A stretch of DNA of 64,000 nt. Source: Gammaproteobacteria bacterium. GTDB lineage: Bacteria > Pseudomonadota > Gammaproteobacteria > Ga0077536. The notes below the pieces were generated by a model. The model saw nothing but the letters and a program-made list of their open reading frames with translations, ran no database searches and was not told the DNA's origin. A program made the translations under genes and the position numbers. Positions 9,989 to 20,637 of the stretch are shown one piece after another. The stretch spans positions 1,024,001 to 1,088,000 of the forward strand of contig CAXXLL010000003.1 in NCBI GenBank assembly GCA_963662545.2. Direction: 5' to 3'. Within the stretch, counting starts at the first letter, position 1. Every line of letters starts with the position of its first letter.

Positions 9989-10649
9989 CGATCCAACTCC
10001 GATCCAGACTCAAGGTATAAACCACGATCGAGGTTTCGGCCGTCGGGTGTATTTTTACATTGATGTCGACCGCCTCCCAGAAAAATTTCCAGGGCAGTAC
10101 CTCGAGCGCGCGCATATAAGCGATCGTGTCCAGATAGCTGCCGGTAAAACGGATGCGGAAGCCGTGGCGGAAAGCTGTTCTCGCACCATTCGTTTTGCGC
10201 TTTGGCGCTTCATTCGATGTTTCGAGCAACGGCTCGGCGCCGAGTCCTTCCAGGCTGACGAATTCGAGGCCATGCGTATTTTCGAGCACTCGCCGCAGCA
10301 CCTGCGCCATCTCTTGTGGGTCGATCAACTGTCCCGCTAGCTCTCTGATTTCCGCTTCTAAACCCTTGATCTGTGTGTTGGTTTGCTGGATCTGCTTGCG
10401 CAGCGGTTCGTTGGGGTCACGCTTTGAAACTTCGACGATTCGTAGCGCCTCCGCGTCTAGCTCGGCAAGCTTGGATTCGTTCTGAGCGATTTGGTTTGCA
10501 AAGACGCGCCGTTCCAATTCCAGGGGGGTCATTAGGAATTCACTCCATGCACCGCCTAGTACCAGAATTGACGCGCCAAGAACCAATACGCGCTCGTTGA
10601 ACTTCAACGCGTCCAGTTTCGCTGCGTAGGCGAGCAGACGCTCTTTCAT
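9981..10649 (-). CDS. mshJ: MSHA biogenesis protein MshJ (PilO-like)
   Basis: TM, coiled coil, FRHGFRIRFTGSY...LPWKFFW...VYTLSL. Confidence 0.88.
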   Translation of the reverse strand: MKERLLAYAAKLDALKFNERVLVLGASILVLGGAWSEFLMTPLELERRVFANQIAQNESKLAELDAEALRIVEVSKRDPNEPLRKQIQQTNTQIKGLEAEIRELAGQLIDPQEMAQVLRRVLENTHGLEFVSLEGLGAEPLLETSNEAPKRKTNGARTAFRHGFRIRFTGSYLDTIAYMRALEVLPWKFFWEAVDINVKIHPTAETSIVVYTLSLDRSWIGV

Positions 10650-11260
10650 GACTCATCATCCGCGCTGATTCCCGACGTCCGCACGGAAAATCCGACCACG
10701 TCGAGCTCGCCCGGCACCGCCCTCAATTCCATGTTGCTGAACGAAGTCCCCTTCAAAACGGGTTCTTTGGAAAGGCGATCGATATAAGCAGGCACGAGAT
10801 CGGGCAGCAAAGCCTTACCCTGAAGGCCAATCGAACGGCCGCCGGCCCGTACACGAACCTGTGTAAGCCAGGTACCCTCGACATGCTGGCGCGCGAAACC
10901 TTCCAGAAAGACGGACAGTCCACCTATTCTTCCGAACGCACCGCTACGGAGTTTCGAAACGATCTGCCGTGTATCGTTCAAAGTCGTACGCGTCTCCTTA
11001 ACCAGACGCGTAACCGCGGAATCGACTGTCGGAACCGGATACTGCACCCGCAGCTGTTCGACCTGCGACTCGCTCCTGGCAATCGCGTCGTTCGTTTCGC
11101 CCGCCTGCCTTTTGATGGGTTGTACCTGCATCCAGGTGTAGGCATAAACGGCGCCGAGCAACAGCAGCACACCTCCGAACAACTGTGCAATGACGACTGC
11201 TCGCAGCACCGTCTTCCGCGGTCGGAACATGGGCTGATAGAGATTGATTTGCTGTTTCAC
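10646..11260 (-). CDS. PilN-like MSHA biogenesis protein (MshI C-terminal part, MshI2)
   Basis: GTG start MKQQINLYQP; TM; coiled coil; WLTQV...LQGKAL PilN-like domain. Confidence 0.82.
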   Translation of the reverse strand: MKQQINLYQPMFRPRKTVLRAVVIAQLFGGVLLLLGAVYAYTWMQVQPIKRQAGETNDAIARSESQVEQLRVQYPVPTVDSAVTRLVKETRTTLNDTRQIVSKLRSGAFGRIGGLSVFLEGFARQHVEGTWLTQVRVRAGGRSIGLQGKALLPDLVPAYIDRLSKEPVLKGTSFSNMELRAVPGELDVVGFSVRTSGISADDES

Positions 11261-11600
11261 AACACGGCCTCACCGAAACGGAGCGCGGCACCTATTGCAC
11301 ACAGGCATTCCGACGCCTGTTGATCATCAACCTCAGTCTGCATTTCGATGGTTTCCGCAAGGCCCATCACCCGCGTCGAGATACCTAGCTGGTGTCCGTC
11401 CATAAACAGGCATTTTCTTCGATGGGCACGGAGAAATCGAGGTGTTGAAAGTAGGTTGTTGGAGCGGTAGCGGCGGTTCGGTGGGGGTCGAAGGGCTCTT
11501 CGAGCGTAATTGTGAGTACGTTCGCCGGCCGCAGAGCGCTGCAACCCAAAGTCGCCCGTTCGACGATATCGAGGAGGTCAGTTAGTGCGAGTGAACGTCG

Positions 11601-13007
11601 CTATTCGAGTTGATAGCGCGCGAGCAGGCTGAGGTTGTAGGCGACCACAGAAGACCACACGTAGGCTTCGAAGTGCGGCAGGCTCTTCCAGGTGCAACGT
11701 GCCAATCCGTATGCACGCTTCAGGCAGGAGATACCGGCCTCGATGCCGGCGCGGAAGTTGCGCAAGCGTCGATAGACCCACTGACTCTTGACCATGTCGG
11801 CGATCGCGAGCCCGCGCTTCTTGTGGAAGGCAACGTCTTCGATGCCTTCTGCTTTCGCCGCCCGGAGATTGTCGAGGCTCGCATAGCCGCCATCGGCGGC
11901 GACCTGTCGTGGCATCGTCCCGTAGTGTGTTCGATGCCGTTCGAGCATCGGCATGAAGCGCTGACTATCGACCGGATTGCCTCGCTCGATGACCACGTCG
12001 AGGATGAGGCCACTGCGCCCCGAAGCCAGATTGATTTTGTGTCCGTACTGAACGTCGCGCGCACCCTTTATGATGATGTCGGTATGCGGCTCGAACAAGC
12101 TCACGCACTTCTCGCTCGCGGGGACCTTCTCACCGCCGAACACCCGCCGCTCAGTTTGCGAAATCACCTGCAGAACAAGTGTTTCGTAGTGCGCTACCTG
12201 CGCTAGCCAGTCCGGCAGTTCAACGCCGGTGACGCCCGGGCTCAGCAGCTGCTCACGTACCCTCGCTACCGCTTCCAAGGTTGAACGCGTCGCCCCAATC
12301 AAATCGCGATACAGACGTTGGCGTTGCTTCGCACCACGCGCATACCACAGCGCCCGCGCACGCTTCTTCGCCAATCGAGTGTGGTTCACGAAGCACAACT
12401 CCGGCGCGCCAGGCAACTCGCGCGCCTGTGCGAGCAGACGAACCACAACACGCACGCCATCCCACAGCAGATGACTGTCGCTCGGCGCGTGGATGGCACT
12501 GTCCGTTACCGTGCTATCAATCCGTACACGCTGTGCCGGCTCAATGCGCGTCTCTTTCGCCGTCGCCAGCAGGGCGCGATGAATAGACTCCCACGTCGAT
12601 ACCTGGATCGCCGAGACCACCCGCTGTAAGGCAGACTTCTTCGGACGTTCATTACCCGGCAACCGGGCGAAGGCCTGAAAGCTCGCCGAGTCCTGCAGGT
12701 GAAAGGCCAGCTCCTCGTAACTCAATTGCCGGTGCTGCTTGAGCACCGCGCAGCGCAGCACCGACTCCGCCGACAGTCCGCGTCGACCGGTGGGCTTCAA
12801 ACCCCGCCGACAGCGCAGCACCGACTCCGCCGACAGTCCGCGTCGACCGGTGGGCTTCAAACCCCGCCGACACAGATCGTTCATGACCGGCGTGAGGACC
12901 TTGGGGTGAGCATCGAGCCACTCGGACATGCCCTGCAGCTCTCGCCCCAGGTCATGGTCAGCAAACAGCTCGTATATACTCGCTTGGGCCGTGCGTTTCT
13001 GACGCAT
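11601..13007 (-). CDS. DDE transposase (ISNCY/IS5-like)
   Basis: RIDSTV, AADGGY, FRAGIEAGISCLKR DDE motifs; family assignment from recall only. Confidence 0.9.
   Translation of the reverse strand: MRQKRTAQASIYELFADHDLGRELQGMSEWLDAHPKVLTPVMNDLCRRGLKPTGRRGLSAESVLRCRRGLKPTGRRGLSAESVLRCAVLKQHRQLSYEELAFHLQDSASFQAFARLPGNERPKKSALQRVVSAIQVSTWESIHRALLATAKETRIEPAQRVRIDSTVTDSAIHAPSDSHLLWDGVRVVVRLLAQARELPGAPELCFVNHTRLAKKRARALWYARGAKQRQRLYRDLIGATRSTLEAVARVREQLLSPGVTGVELPDWLAQVAHYETLVLQVISQTERRVFGGEKVPASEKCVSLFEPHTDIIIKGARDVQYGHKINLASGRSGLILDVVIERGNPVDSQRFMPMLERHRTHYGTMPRQVAADGGYASLDNLRAAKAEGIEDVAFHKKRGLAIADMVKSQWVYRRLRNFRAGIEAGISCLKRAYGLARCTWKSLPHFEAYVWSSVVAYNLSLLARYQLE
12751..12870. repeat. Exact 60-bp tandem duplication inside the transposase
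   Basis: 12751-12810 equals 12811-12870; duplicates CRRGLKPTGRRGLSAESVLR. Confidence 0.95.
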
Positions 13008-14214
13008 TCCCCCTCCTGTGGTGTCGATGATTGTGTGGAAAATCAGAGGTTTGAAGTTCCATTAGATCACGACCCACCGGAGGTTTCGATCCCTTAAGCG
13101 ACAAATTTTCCTTTTTATTTCAACCGCATCGCGTTTAGGGATGCACACTAGCTGGCTCCCGAGGTATTCACTGACACCCGCGAATTCCTTACCGAGCGGC
13201 GCCATCACCACCCCCTGAACGGGGGGCTGGCCGAAATGACTCTCGTAGTAGTCGATCGATCGTTGAACTTCGACCACGATCGCGTCCAGTAAACCTTCGA
13301 CTGCCGGCGTTACCTCGTTCGCGCCCGATCCCAGCAGCCGTGTTCGTCCGAAGTCGAATCGCCGCGACAGGTAAAGCGTGTTCTGGCGCGTGATCGTGAT
13401 CAGCCCGACCTCTTCACTGAGGTAAATGAACGCGACGCCGCCGACGTCTTCCGGCATCAATGCGATCAGATTCCGAATCGCGAATTCGGGGATGTCGACC
13501 GTTTCAAGCTCGACGCCGCATTGTGAAAGCTCTTCGATCAGGCTGCGAATCGGCGGACTTTTCGCGACGACCGCATAAACCATCTTGTCCTGCCCACCCT
13601 TCAAGCTCGGCACCTCGAAGATATCGATAGCGGCTTCGTCGACGCTGAAATCGATCATGTCCTTGACGCGCCAGCGTACTGCCTGACGCATTTCCGATGC
13701 CGGCACATCCGGGGTTTCGACCAAGATGAGGTTGTATTCCCCAATCCCGATGAGGCTGGTGCAGCGTTGACCTTCGAGATCATGGGATTTGACGAGTTGC
13801 TCGAGCGCGGTCAACCGTGCCGATGAGGTATCCGCGGTACGCACGAACTCGGCCCATTCCAGCACCGGTTGGTCATTCGTCGCACGCCTGACGAAAGCCG
13901 CTGAAATACCCCGGGCACCGGGACATAAGGACAACAGTCCGCCGGATTCCCGCGGTTTCCTGAACCAGTTGGCAACCTGCAATCGTTCGAGCATAGCAAC
14001 AGACACAAAGCCCGTGTTGGTTACGCTCGTATTATAAGAATATTGTGTAGGTTTTAACAGTAACTATATAAATGTGAAGAATATTTGCCTGTTAGCAATG
14101 AATCCGTAAGCAGCCGCAGAAGGTCGCCCGGACCGGGTGCACAGTCGTCGTATACCCTATCTGGGGGTTGATACGAGGTCGATCCACAAGATTTCGAGCA
14201 GACGGCTGCGCGGG

Positions 14215-17200
14215 TCAGTCCCAGGGTTCCCGGATATAGATGATTTCACGGCGGCCCGGAAAGATCCCGAAACTCGCTCGAGCCGTCGGATCGTCGTCGA
14301 AATTGCCGTCACCGTCCCAATCGTAGCGCAGCCACTCCATGCCGTCCGCGCTAAGGTCGATGCGAATGTCGACGAAACCCGTGTTACCGGAAGGCGTGGG
14401 CGCCTGGAACAAAAGCGTTGTCGCGCCACTGTCGAACTCGGGGTCCGGTGCCGGCGGAAGACCGCTTGCCGGGTCAACCAGACGCGTTGTGCCGCCCGTT
14501 CCCTGCAGCGGAACCGAGGCTGCGTCGCCATTTTGTTCTCCGCCGCTGCCGGTCAGACGCACAGCGTTTTGCAAATTGAGTTCGGTGCAGGTATCCGTCA
14601 CCGGGGTGGGTGCATCGTCGATGTTCGTGACGAACACGCCGATGCCGCCTCCCTGATCGGCGAAATACTCGACCTGCATCGGCACCGGTAAGGCAATGAG
14701 TTCCGACCCGGTGGCGCTGGCAACCACCAGCCGGCCAAACCGCTGCTCGACTCCCAGCGTCGTAATGTCTGATTTGACGTACGGCGCACTTGTATCGGGA
14801 CCGTTGAGATTGCAAATCGTCATCACACCCGGATGGCATACCCCGTCCGAATCGGTAAACTCCGCGGCGGGAATGGTCAACTCGAGAACCGGCTCGAACT
14901 CGATTTCCGCTGCCGCGCCCTTGTCGTAGCGGAAGCTCTCGCCGTTCAAGCTCACGTCGAACACACCGTCGAAATCCCCCGTCCCGGACAGGGTGGCGGC
15001 GCCCGGCAGCGTTTCCAGGGCGAACGCGGCGCTCGGTGACGGCGCGGTGTTATCGACGTAACTCCGGTTGGGAAAGGTGCTCGTGAACTTGAAAAAGTTT
15101 TCTCCGGCGCTGGCATCCGCCGAGTAATTATTGGCGTCGGTGTTCAATGCCGTTTTCGCCGCTACGGTCAAAACCGGCGGCGCCAGATATTCGAACGGCT
15201 GCCCAATGTAGGTGAAACCACAGGTCCAAGGCTGCGCAGCAAGGCCGTTGCGGAGATCGAAATTGGGTGTCGCGACCACTTCGAAATAGGCCGGGATGAA
15301 GCGTCCCACCGCACCGCTCACCCCCCGTATCTTGGCTGTCTCGGCGCCGCCGATCGAGAGATAGTCGCCGGTTTGAACCGCCTCGATTTCGATCACGCCG
15401 ACTTCGTCGAAATTGATCATCGGGCTGCTCGCAGTGGTTCCCGCGAATGGACCGATCCTGAGCGGTGTCGGACCCGTGTCGGACAATCCGGGATCCGACG
15501 CCGAGGCATCCGACGGCCGGTGTAGATAACTGCTGAGCAGCGCGCGCCCGTCCGGAACCATGCCACTGGTTTGATAATTGACCGTAACGCTGTTGTCGCT
15601 GAGATCAGCCAGCGTCGACGGATTGTTTTCACCCGATTCATGCCCGTCCGCAATACCGTCGAGGTCGAGGTCATCGCTCGCATCCCACCGGACCGGTGTG
15701 GCTTGGACTTCGAAATCTTCGCCGGCACGGGTGAATACGTTGGGGTCCGACGCGTCATACGCTGCCGGATTGCCCGGCACATCGACATATAGCGCGAAAG
15801 GCCGCACGGCGTACTGGTTGGTCGCGCCTTCGACCGTCGCGGGCGGGGTGCCCACCATCGCGCTGCCCTTCAGACTGACCAGGCCGGCATCGTTGTACTG
15901 CGCTTGAAACGTCGCAGTCGAGGTCGCGTCGAATGTCAACGCAACGGGATCCGCCGGTACGGCTGCACCCTGATCAAATGCGGATATCGGTATACCGTCG
16001 ATCTCGCCATTCGTTACCCCCGTGCAATTGGTGTTCGGAGCAAAGCATTCGAACGCGAAATCGACGGTGCCGGGTGCCGGTATCGCCGCCTGACAGGCGC
16101 CGCTGCCGCCCGTCTCGATGACCTGGACCGAAAACGTTTCAGGCTTCCCCGCGACCTGAACGCCGACCGGGCTGAACTGGAGTATTACGTCACGAAACTC
16201 GAGCGTTGGCCCTTCCCCGACCCCGATTCCCCTACCCAAGGTATCGGTGATACCAAACGAGACCACCGCTGGCGAGGTTTGCGACAAGAGGAGTTCGATC
16301 TGGGTTTCAATCCCGTCGAAGATGTATTGCGCCACGCCTCCACCGAGGTCGGAGAAACTGCCCGGATTACCGATGCTGCCGAGGGCCCAGCCGTCCCCGG
16401 GCGTGGCCGTGATGGTCATCACCGTACCGGCGGGCGGCGCGGCGTTAACGTGACTCACCTCGTGTGACAAGATCGTGACGGCCTCCGCTTCGCAGGTCAC
16501 GCCGAATCCCCCGCCGGCGCCCGCGTGGTCGATCGCGTAGTGATCATGCCCGCTGCTGCACGGCCGCGTGAACCGACGAATGGTCCGTATTTCGTCGAGT
16601 GACAGTGCGCGTCGATACAAGCGGACTTCGTCGATCAGCCCATCGATGCCGTGCTCATTGGCGGCAGCGTTCGCGGATTTGCCGATATTGAGTACACGGT
16701 TCGAATTAAATGTCACGAAATCGCCTGAATGCGCGGCCGTGTCCTGCAATACATCGTCAACGTATATCCTGACTTCCGAACCGTCATAAACACCCGTGAC
16801 GTGGTACCAGGTATTTACCGATACGATATTCGCCGTTTGCGTCCGCTGACTGCCCGAAACGGTCTGCACCCTGAATTCGAAGCGCCGATTATTCGCATTG
16901 CCCCTCAATGCAAACTGGTAGTCGTTGAAATTTGTCGGCGTGTCGTTTTGGACGTATACCGCCCGGTTGTTGCCTGCCGGCGGATTGACCGCCCAGCGGA
17001 CCCAGGCTGATACCGTCATTTCGTCGACGAGGGCCAGGTCCGTGGTTCCAATTTCAACGCCGTCCGAAACCGCTCCCAGATCGCCACTGCCGTCGAAACT
17101 GCCGTACCGGCACGTGCTCTCCGGCAGGGCCGTAAAGGCGGGTGTCGTCACGGCGGTCAATGCATTGTCGATCGGCGTACCGTCGAGCACGGTATCGACC

Positions 17201-19275
17201 GTGTTGTCGACTTGACCGGCAGCGCCGTTGTTCCACACCGGCTCCTCCATCTCGTAGAAGGCGAACAGCGAGAAATCGGCATCGAACGCTTCCGAGAAGG
17301 CGACGAGGCCGGTTTCTTCCCAAATGTGAGCTCGCTCCGCGTTGGCGAATTGGTCCTCGTCTTCGGCAATACGTACGTGGGAAGTTGTCAGGTTGCAGCG
17401 CCGGTGCCAGCCGCCATCGCCGCCGATGTGGCTCATTTCGTGGGCAACGACCAGAGGCGGTATTGAATAGGTGAGATCGAGAAACGGAATACCCAGGACG
17501 CCGGCGTTGAAGCAGATGTCGTCCCAGCCCGACAGGGCAAGCCCGTTCAAAAACGATCGCTGGGCTTCACCTCTGATCGCGTTCCCCGAATTATCGAGAA
17601 ATGAGCCGATCAGTCCTGGTTCGATCGCCAGATAGGCAACGGTTTCCGGAAGCGCTATCGGTCCGCCGGCATTTACTTCCGAACGTTCCAGCGCCATCCG
17701 GAAATCGCTTATTGACGTCGAATTTGTCGCATAGGCGACAGTCAGCCAGGGCACGGCGGGATCCGCCGGCGTATTGGCGACGCCGATGATCTGCGCGAGA
17801 ACGACGGGCGGCGATGGGAAGGCCGTGTTGAAGGTAACGGTTTGAAAGCTGTCCGCTCCCGCAAAATTTTGCTGTAGCGCGGTGACGGAGACGTCACCAA
17901 CATCAACCAGAGTACCGTCCGGGAAATTGAACAGTCCTTTTTCCACCGCGATGTAATGCACTGAACTGGCCGCGCCTCCGGGATTGCTTGGAAAGGCGCC
18001 GCCCTGCGGCTCGATAGCCACGGCCGTGAAACTGGTCGTTCCCGCCACGAGATCGGTGGTGACATCGGTAACGCGGACGGCAGTGGGCTCAGTGTTACTG
18101 CTATCGATCAGTAGGAACACGGCCGGCGCTTGTTCGTAGAACTGCCGCAGAGTAACGGTCAAGGGCGTACCAGGGACCAAGGTGATCTCGTCGGCTTCTA
18201 TCTTGAAACTGGTACTCGCAGTGAGCGGCACGAAAGTCGAATCGAAAAAGAAATCGCGCGAAAACACCACCACACCGACGCCATCGCGAAGAGCCTTGGA
18301 ACGCTCGGCATCACCGACGCCGTCCTCGTCGACGACGACGCGCACGCGAGTGCTCGTCAGATTGCATCGTCTGAGCCAGCCGCCATCACTTTCCAGCCGC
18401 GTTTGCTTCGTCGCCACGACCAGACGGCTGGGTAAAGATTTTGAAAAGTTGATGTTCTCGTCGCAGCCGTCGTTCCATCCATCGGCAGCGGGCGGGAGCG
18501 GAGGGTCAACACGGATAGTCTCCAGTTCAACCAGCACGGCCGCGGCGTTGTTGGCAGTAAAATCCGCCGCCGTCAGATCGGAATCGAAGACGACGTAGCC
18601 GATCTGCTCCAGCGCCGCCTCGGCCGGAGTGAGCGAACCGAGATTGACTTCGTGGCGGTCGATAGCGACGTCAAACCGGTCGGTCAAGACATTATTGACG
18701 GACGCCGTAATCCAGGGTTGAGGCGTCGCCGGCGGAACGCCCGCAATGCCGTTGACAAAAGTTTGGAGCTGCGCCAGTACGACTGGCGTGTTGGCAAACA
18801 CTGTCGTCATCTGTGTCGTATACGTGCCCGCGCAAATTGCCGGCGCGCCGCAAACGATATTCGAAGTGGACAGAACCCCGGCGTCTATCGTAATCGTCCT
18901 GGACCCGAGGAGTTCATCGTCCACGGTCATGGTGTGAACCCCCGGCTCGATCGCGAAATAGTGGACGTCCATTGCAATATGCGGTCCATTTTCGCTGGGA
19001 TCCTCGACCATGACGGCCTCGAACCCGGTAGTCGTGACGTTCCGGATCCGTACGACGGAAATATCCCCCCCCTGATTGGTCGTCAGGATGAAGACGACCG
19101 GTACGGTGTCATAGGTCTGCTGAAACGATTGTGATGTAAAACTGGCACCGCCGCCGGTGGTGGCATTGATTCGAAAAGCGCCCGATTCCATTTTGAACGC
19201 GACAGCGTCTCGAGCCGGAAAGACCAGGCCCATTACGAGCGTCAATATCAATACCGGTAATGTACGAACGTTCAT
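14215..19275 (-). CDS. Large MshQ-like (DUF6701) pilus adhesin with lectin-like repeats and a LamG domain
   Basis: Signal peptide; duplicated N-terminal beta-sandwich block; LamG signature (WYHVTGVYDG...GLIDEVRLY); C-terminus WLRYDWDG...ASFGIFPGRREIIYIRE typical of MshQ. Confidence 0.8.
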   Translation of the reverse strand: MNVRTLPVLILTLVMGLVFPARDAVAFKMESGAFRINATTGGGASFTSQSFQQTYDTVPVVFILTTNQGGDISVVRIRNVTTTGFEAVMVEDPSENGPHIAMDVHYFAIEPGVHTMTVDDELLGSRTITIDAGVLSTSNIVCGAPAICAGTYTTQMTTVFANTPVVLAQLQTFVNGIAGVPPATPQPWITASVNNVLTDRFDVAIDRHEVNLGSLTPAEAALEQIGYVVFDSDLTAADFTANNAAAVLVELETIRVDPPLPPAADGWNDGCDENINFSKSLPSRLVVATKQTRLESDGGWLRRCNLTSTRVRVVVDEDGVGDAERSKALRDGVGVVVFSRDFFFDSTFVPLTASTSFKIEADEITLVPGTPLTVTLRQFYEQAPAVFLLIDSSNTEPTAVRVTDVTTDLVAGTTSFTAVAIEPQGGAFPSNPGGAASSVHYIAVEKGLFNFPDGTLVDVGDVSVTALQQNFAGADSFQTVTFNTAFPSPPVVLAQIIGVANTPADPAVPWLTVAYATNSTSISDFRMALERSEVNAGGPIALPETVAYLAIEPGLIGSFLDNSGNAIRGEAQRSFLNGLALSGWDDICFNAGVLGIPFLDLTYSIPPLVVAHEMSHIGGDGGWHRRCNLTTSHVRIAEDEDQFANAERAHIWEETGLVAFSEAFDADFSLFAFYEMEEPVWNNGAAGQVDNTVDTVLDGTPIDNALTAVTTPAFTALPESTCRYGSFDGSGDLGAVSDGVEIGTTDLALVDEMTVSAWVRWAVNPPAGNNRAVYVQNDTPTNFNDYQFALRGNANNRRFEFRVQTVSGSQRTQTANIVSVNTWYHVTGVYDGSEVRIYVDDVLQDTAAHSGDFVTFNSNRVLNIGKSANAAANEHGIDGLIDEVRLYRRALSLDEIRTIRRFTRPCSSGHDHYAIDHAGAGGGFGVTCEAEAVTILSHEVSHVNAAPPAGTVMTITATPGDGWALGSIGNPGSFSDLGGGVAQYIFDGIETQIELLLSQTSPAVVSFGITDTLGRGIGVGEGPTLEFRDVILQFSPVGVQVAGKPETFSVQVIETGGSGACQAAIPAPGTVDFAFECFAPNTNCTGVTNGEIDGIPISAFDQGAAVPADPVALTFDATSTATFQAQYNDAGLVSLKGSAMVGTPPATVEGATNQYAVRPFALYVDVPGNPAAYDASDPNVFTRAGEDFEVQATPVRWDASDDLDLDGIADGHESGENNPSTLADLSDNSVTVNYQTSGMVPDGRALLSSYLHRPSDASASDPGLSDTGPTPLRIGPFAGTTASSPMINFDEVGVIEIEAVQTGDYLSIGGAETAKIRGVSGAVGRFIPAYFEVVATPNFDLRNGLAAQPWTCGFTYIGQPFEYLAPPVLTVAAKTALNTDANNYSADASAGENFFKFTSTFPNRSYVDNTAPSPSAAFALETLPGAATLSGTGDFDGVFDVSLNGESFRYDKGAAAEIEFEPVLELTIPAAEFTDSDGVCHPGVMTICNLNGPDTSAPYVKSDITTLGVEQRFGRLVVASATGSELIALPVPMQVEYFADQGGGIGVFVTNIDDAPTPVTDTCTELNLQNAVRLTGSGGEQNGDAASVPLQGTGGTTRLVDPASGLPPAPDPEFDSGATTLLFQAPTPSGNTGFVDIRIDLSADGMEWLRYDWDGDGNFDDDPTARASFGIFPGRREIIYIREPWD

Positions 19276-19371
19276 CCTCGTATTAGTTTTAGATCAGGAT
19301 GACGCATCGTATGGTGATATCGCTCACAGCTTAGGGATCGAGGATGCGGAATCGCGTCGGTTACCGCTCCA

Positions 19372-20373
19372 TTACAGCCCCTCTGCGGCCGGATCCCGAG
19401 CCAAAAGCCTCCGGACCGCTTCGTGAGGCGCGCTGTCGCCACTCAAAACGTGTGCGACTTCCGACGCTATCGGCATCTCAACTTTGCACTTATTTGCCAT
19501 TGCACTCACCGCTTTAGCCGTGGGAATTCCCTCGACCAGGTCACCGACGCTCGCGATCGCCTGTTCGATATTACCGAGGCGGGCCATGGCCATACCGAAA
19601 CGCCTGTTACGGGACTGATCATCGGTGCAGGTCAGGACGAGGTCACCCATGCCGGACAATCCCATGAACGTTTCCATCCTGCCGCCACGCGCGATTCCGA
19701 ATCTGGCGATTTCGGCAAGACCACGCGTAATCAAGGCTGCTCGCGTGTTCGCGCCGAGTTCGAGACCGTCAGCGATTCCAGCGGCGATGGCGATCACGTT
19801 CTTGAGCGCCCCGCCAACTTCCACTCCGATGACATCGTCAGTGTAATACGGTCTGAACGAAGGGCCGTGCATCGCCCGGACCAAATCCTGCCCGAGGTCC
19901 GCCTCCGTCGCCGCGATCGTGATTGCGGCCGGGCTGCCGCGCATCACTTCGGTAGCGAAATTGGGACCCGACAGCTGCGCGAAAGGGATGTCGGAAGAAC
20001 AAACGTCGCCGACGATTTCGTGCGCCATCATCTCGGTATTTGATTCCAGACCCTTGCTGGCGCATGCAATAGCGGGTAACGCCGGTACGGCCGCGATCAG
20101 TTCGATCAAGGCCGAGCGCAAGGCCTGAAACGGCACGACGAAAACCGCGCACGAAAGATCCCCTACGCTGCCTAAATCGGTGACTGGCCTGACCAGACGT
20201 TCGAACTCCGAATCTACGGCGAACCTGGGGTGTCGTCGCGACTCCGCGATCACCCGTATTGTCTCCGCATCGCTGTCCCAAAGGAGCGTTTCGCGCCCCG
20301 CGCGCGCAAACACGTTTGCCAGAGCCGTGCCCCACGCGCCGGCACCGACGATCAAGACCGGTCGCTCGTTCAT
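19372..20373 (-). CDS. gpsA: NAD(P)H-dependent glycerol-3-phosphate dehydrogenase
   Basis: GAGAWGTALA; GALKNVIAIAAG; GDLVLTCTDDQSRNRRFG. Confidence 0.96.
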   Translation of the reverse strand: MNERPVLIVGAGAWGTALANVFARAGRETLLWDSDAETIRVIAESRRHPRFAVDSEFERLVRPVTDLGSVGDLSCAVFVVPFQALRSALIELIAAVPALPAIACASKGLESNTEMMAHEIVGDVCSSDIPFAQLSGPNFATEVMRGSPAAITIAATEADLGQDLVRAMHGPSFRPYYTDDVIGVEVGGALKNVIAIAAGIADGLELGANTRAALITRGLAEIARFGIARGGRMETFMGLSGMGDLVLTCTDDQSRNRRFGMAMARLGNIEQAIASVGDLVEGIPTAKAVSAMANKCKVEMPIASEVAHVLSGDSAPHEAVRRLLARDPAAEGL

Positions 20374-20475
20374 GCGCCGATTCAGTTCACCATCGAGGTC
20401 ATCTTTTCGATTACCTTATTCAGCGCATCCGTGCGCTTCATCCTTGCGGCGCTCGCGCGCGGTTGAGTACCTTGA

Positions 20476-20637
20476 GGAACCTCTGAATAAGTCATGGCCC
20501 ATCTGCCTGGCCCATGAAATCGCGGAGCCTTACGTTACGAACCTTAGCCCTAGGCCCCGCTGTACCCTGTGATTCGTGCCTTGATCTGCACCATTGCATG
20601 AACCATTCAGACCCACCATGACTTATTCAGAGGTTCC
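20476..20637. mobile_element. 162-bp MITE-like element
   Basis: Perfect 22-bp terminal IR GGAACCTCTGAATAAGTCATGG (20476-20497 and 20616-20637); no ORF; no clear TSD. Confidence 0.75.

Larger units (their letters stand above)
11392..13148 (-). mobile_element. Insertion sequence, 1757 bp, DDE transposase (ISNCY/IS5-like)
   Basis: 16-bp terminal IRs GTGTCCGTCCATAAAC (11392-11407) and GTTTAGGGATGCACAC (13133-13148), 13/16 match; 6-bp TSD TAGCTG at 11386-11391 and 13149-13154. Confidence 0.93.
11257..14006 (-). pseudogene. mshI: PilM-like MSHA protein (MshI N-terminal part, MshI1) interrupted by an IS
   Basis: N-part 13149-14006 (AVRWRVKDMIDF, EVQRSIDYYESHF) and C-part 11257-11385 (GISTRV...CLCAIGAALR). 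Removing the IS plus one TAGCTG restores ...YLGSQL-GISTRV..., 328 aa. Confidence 0.88.
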
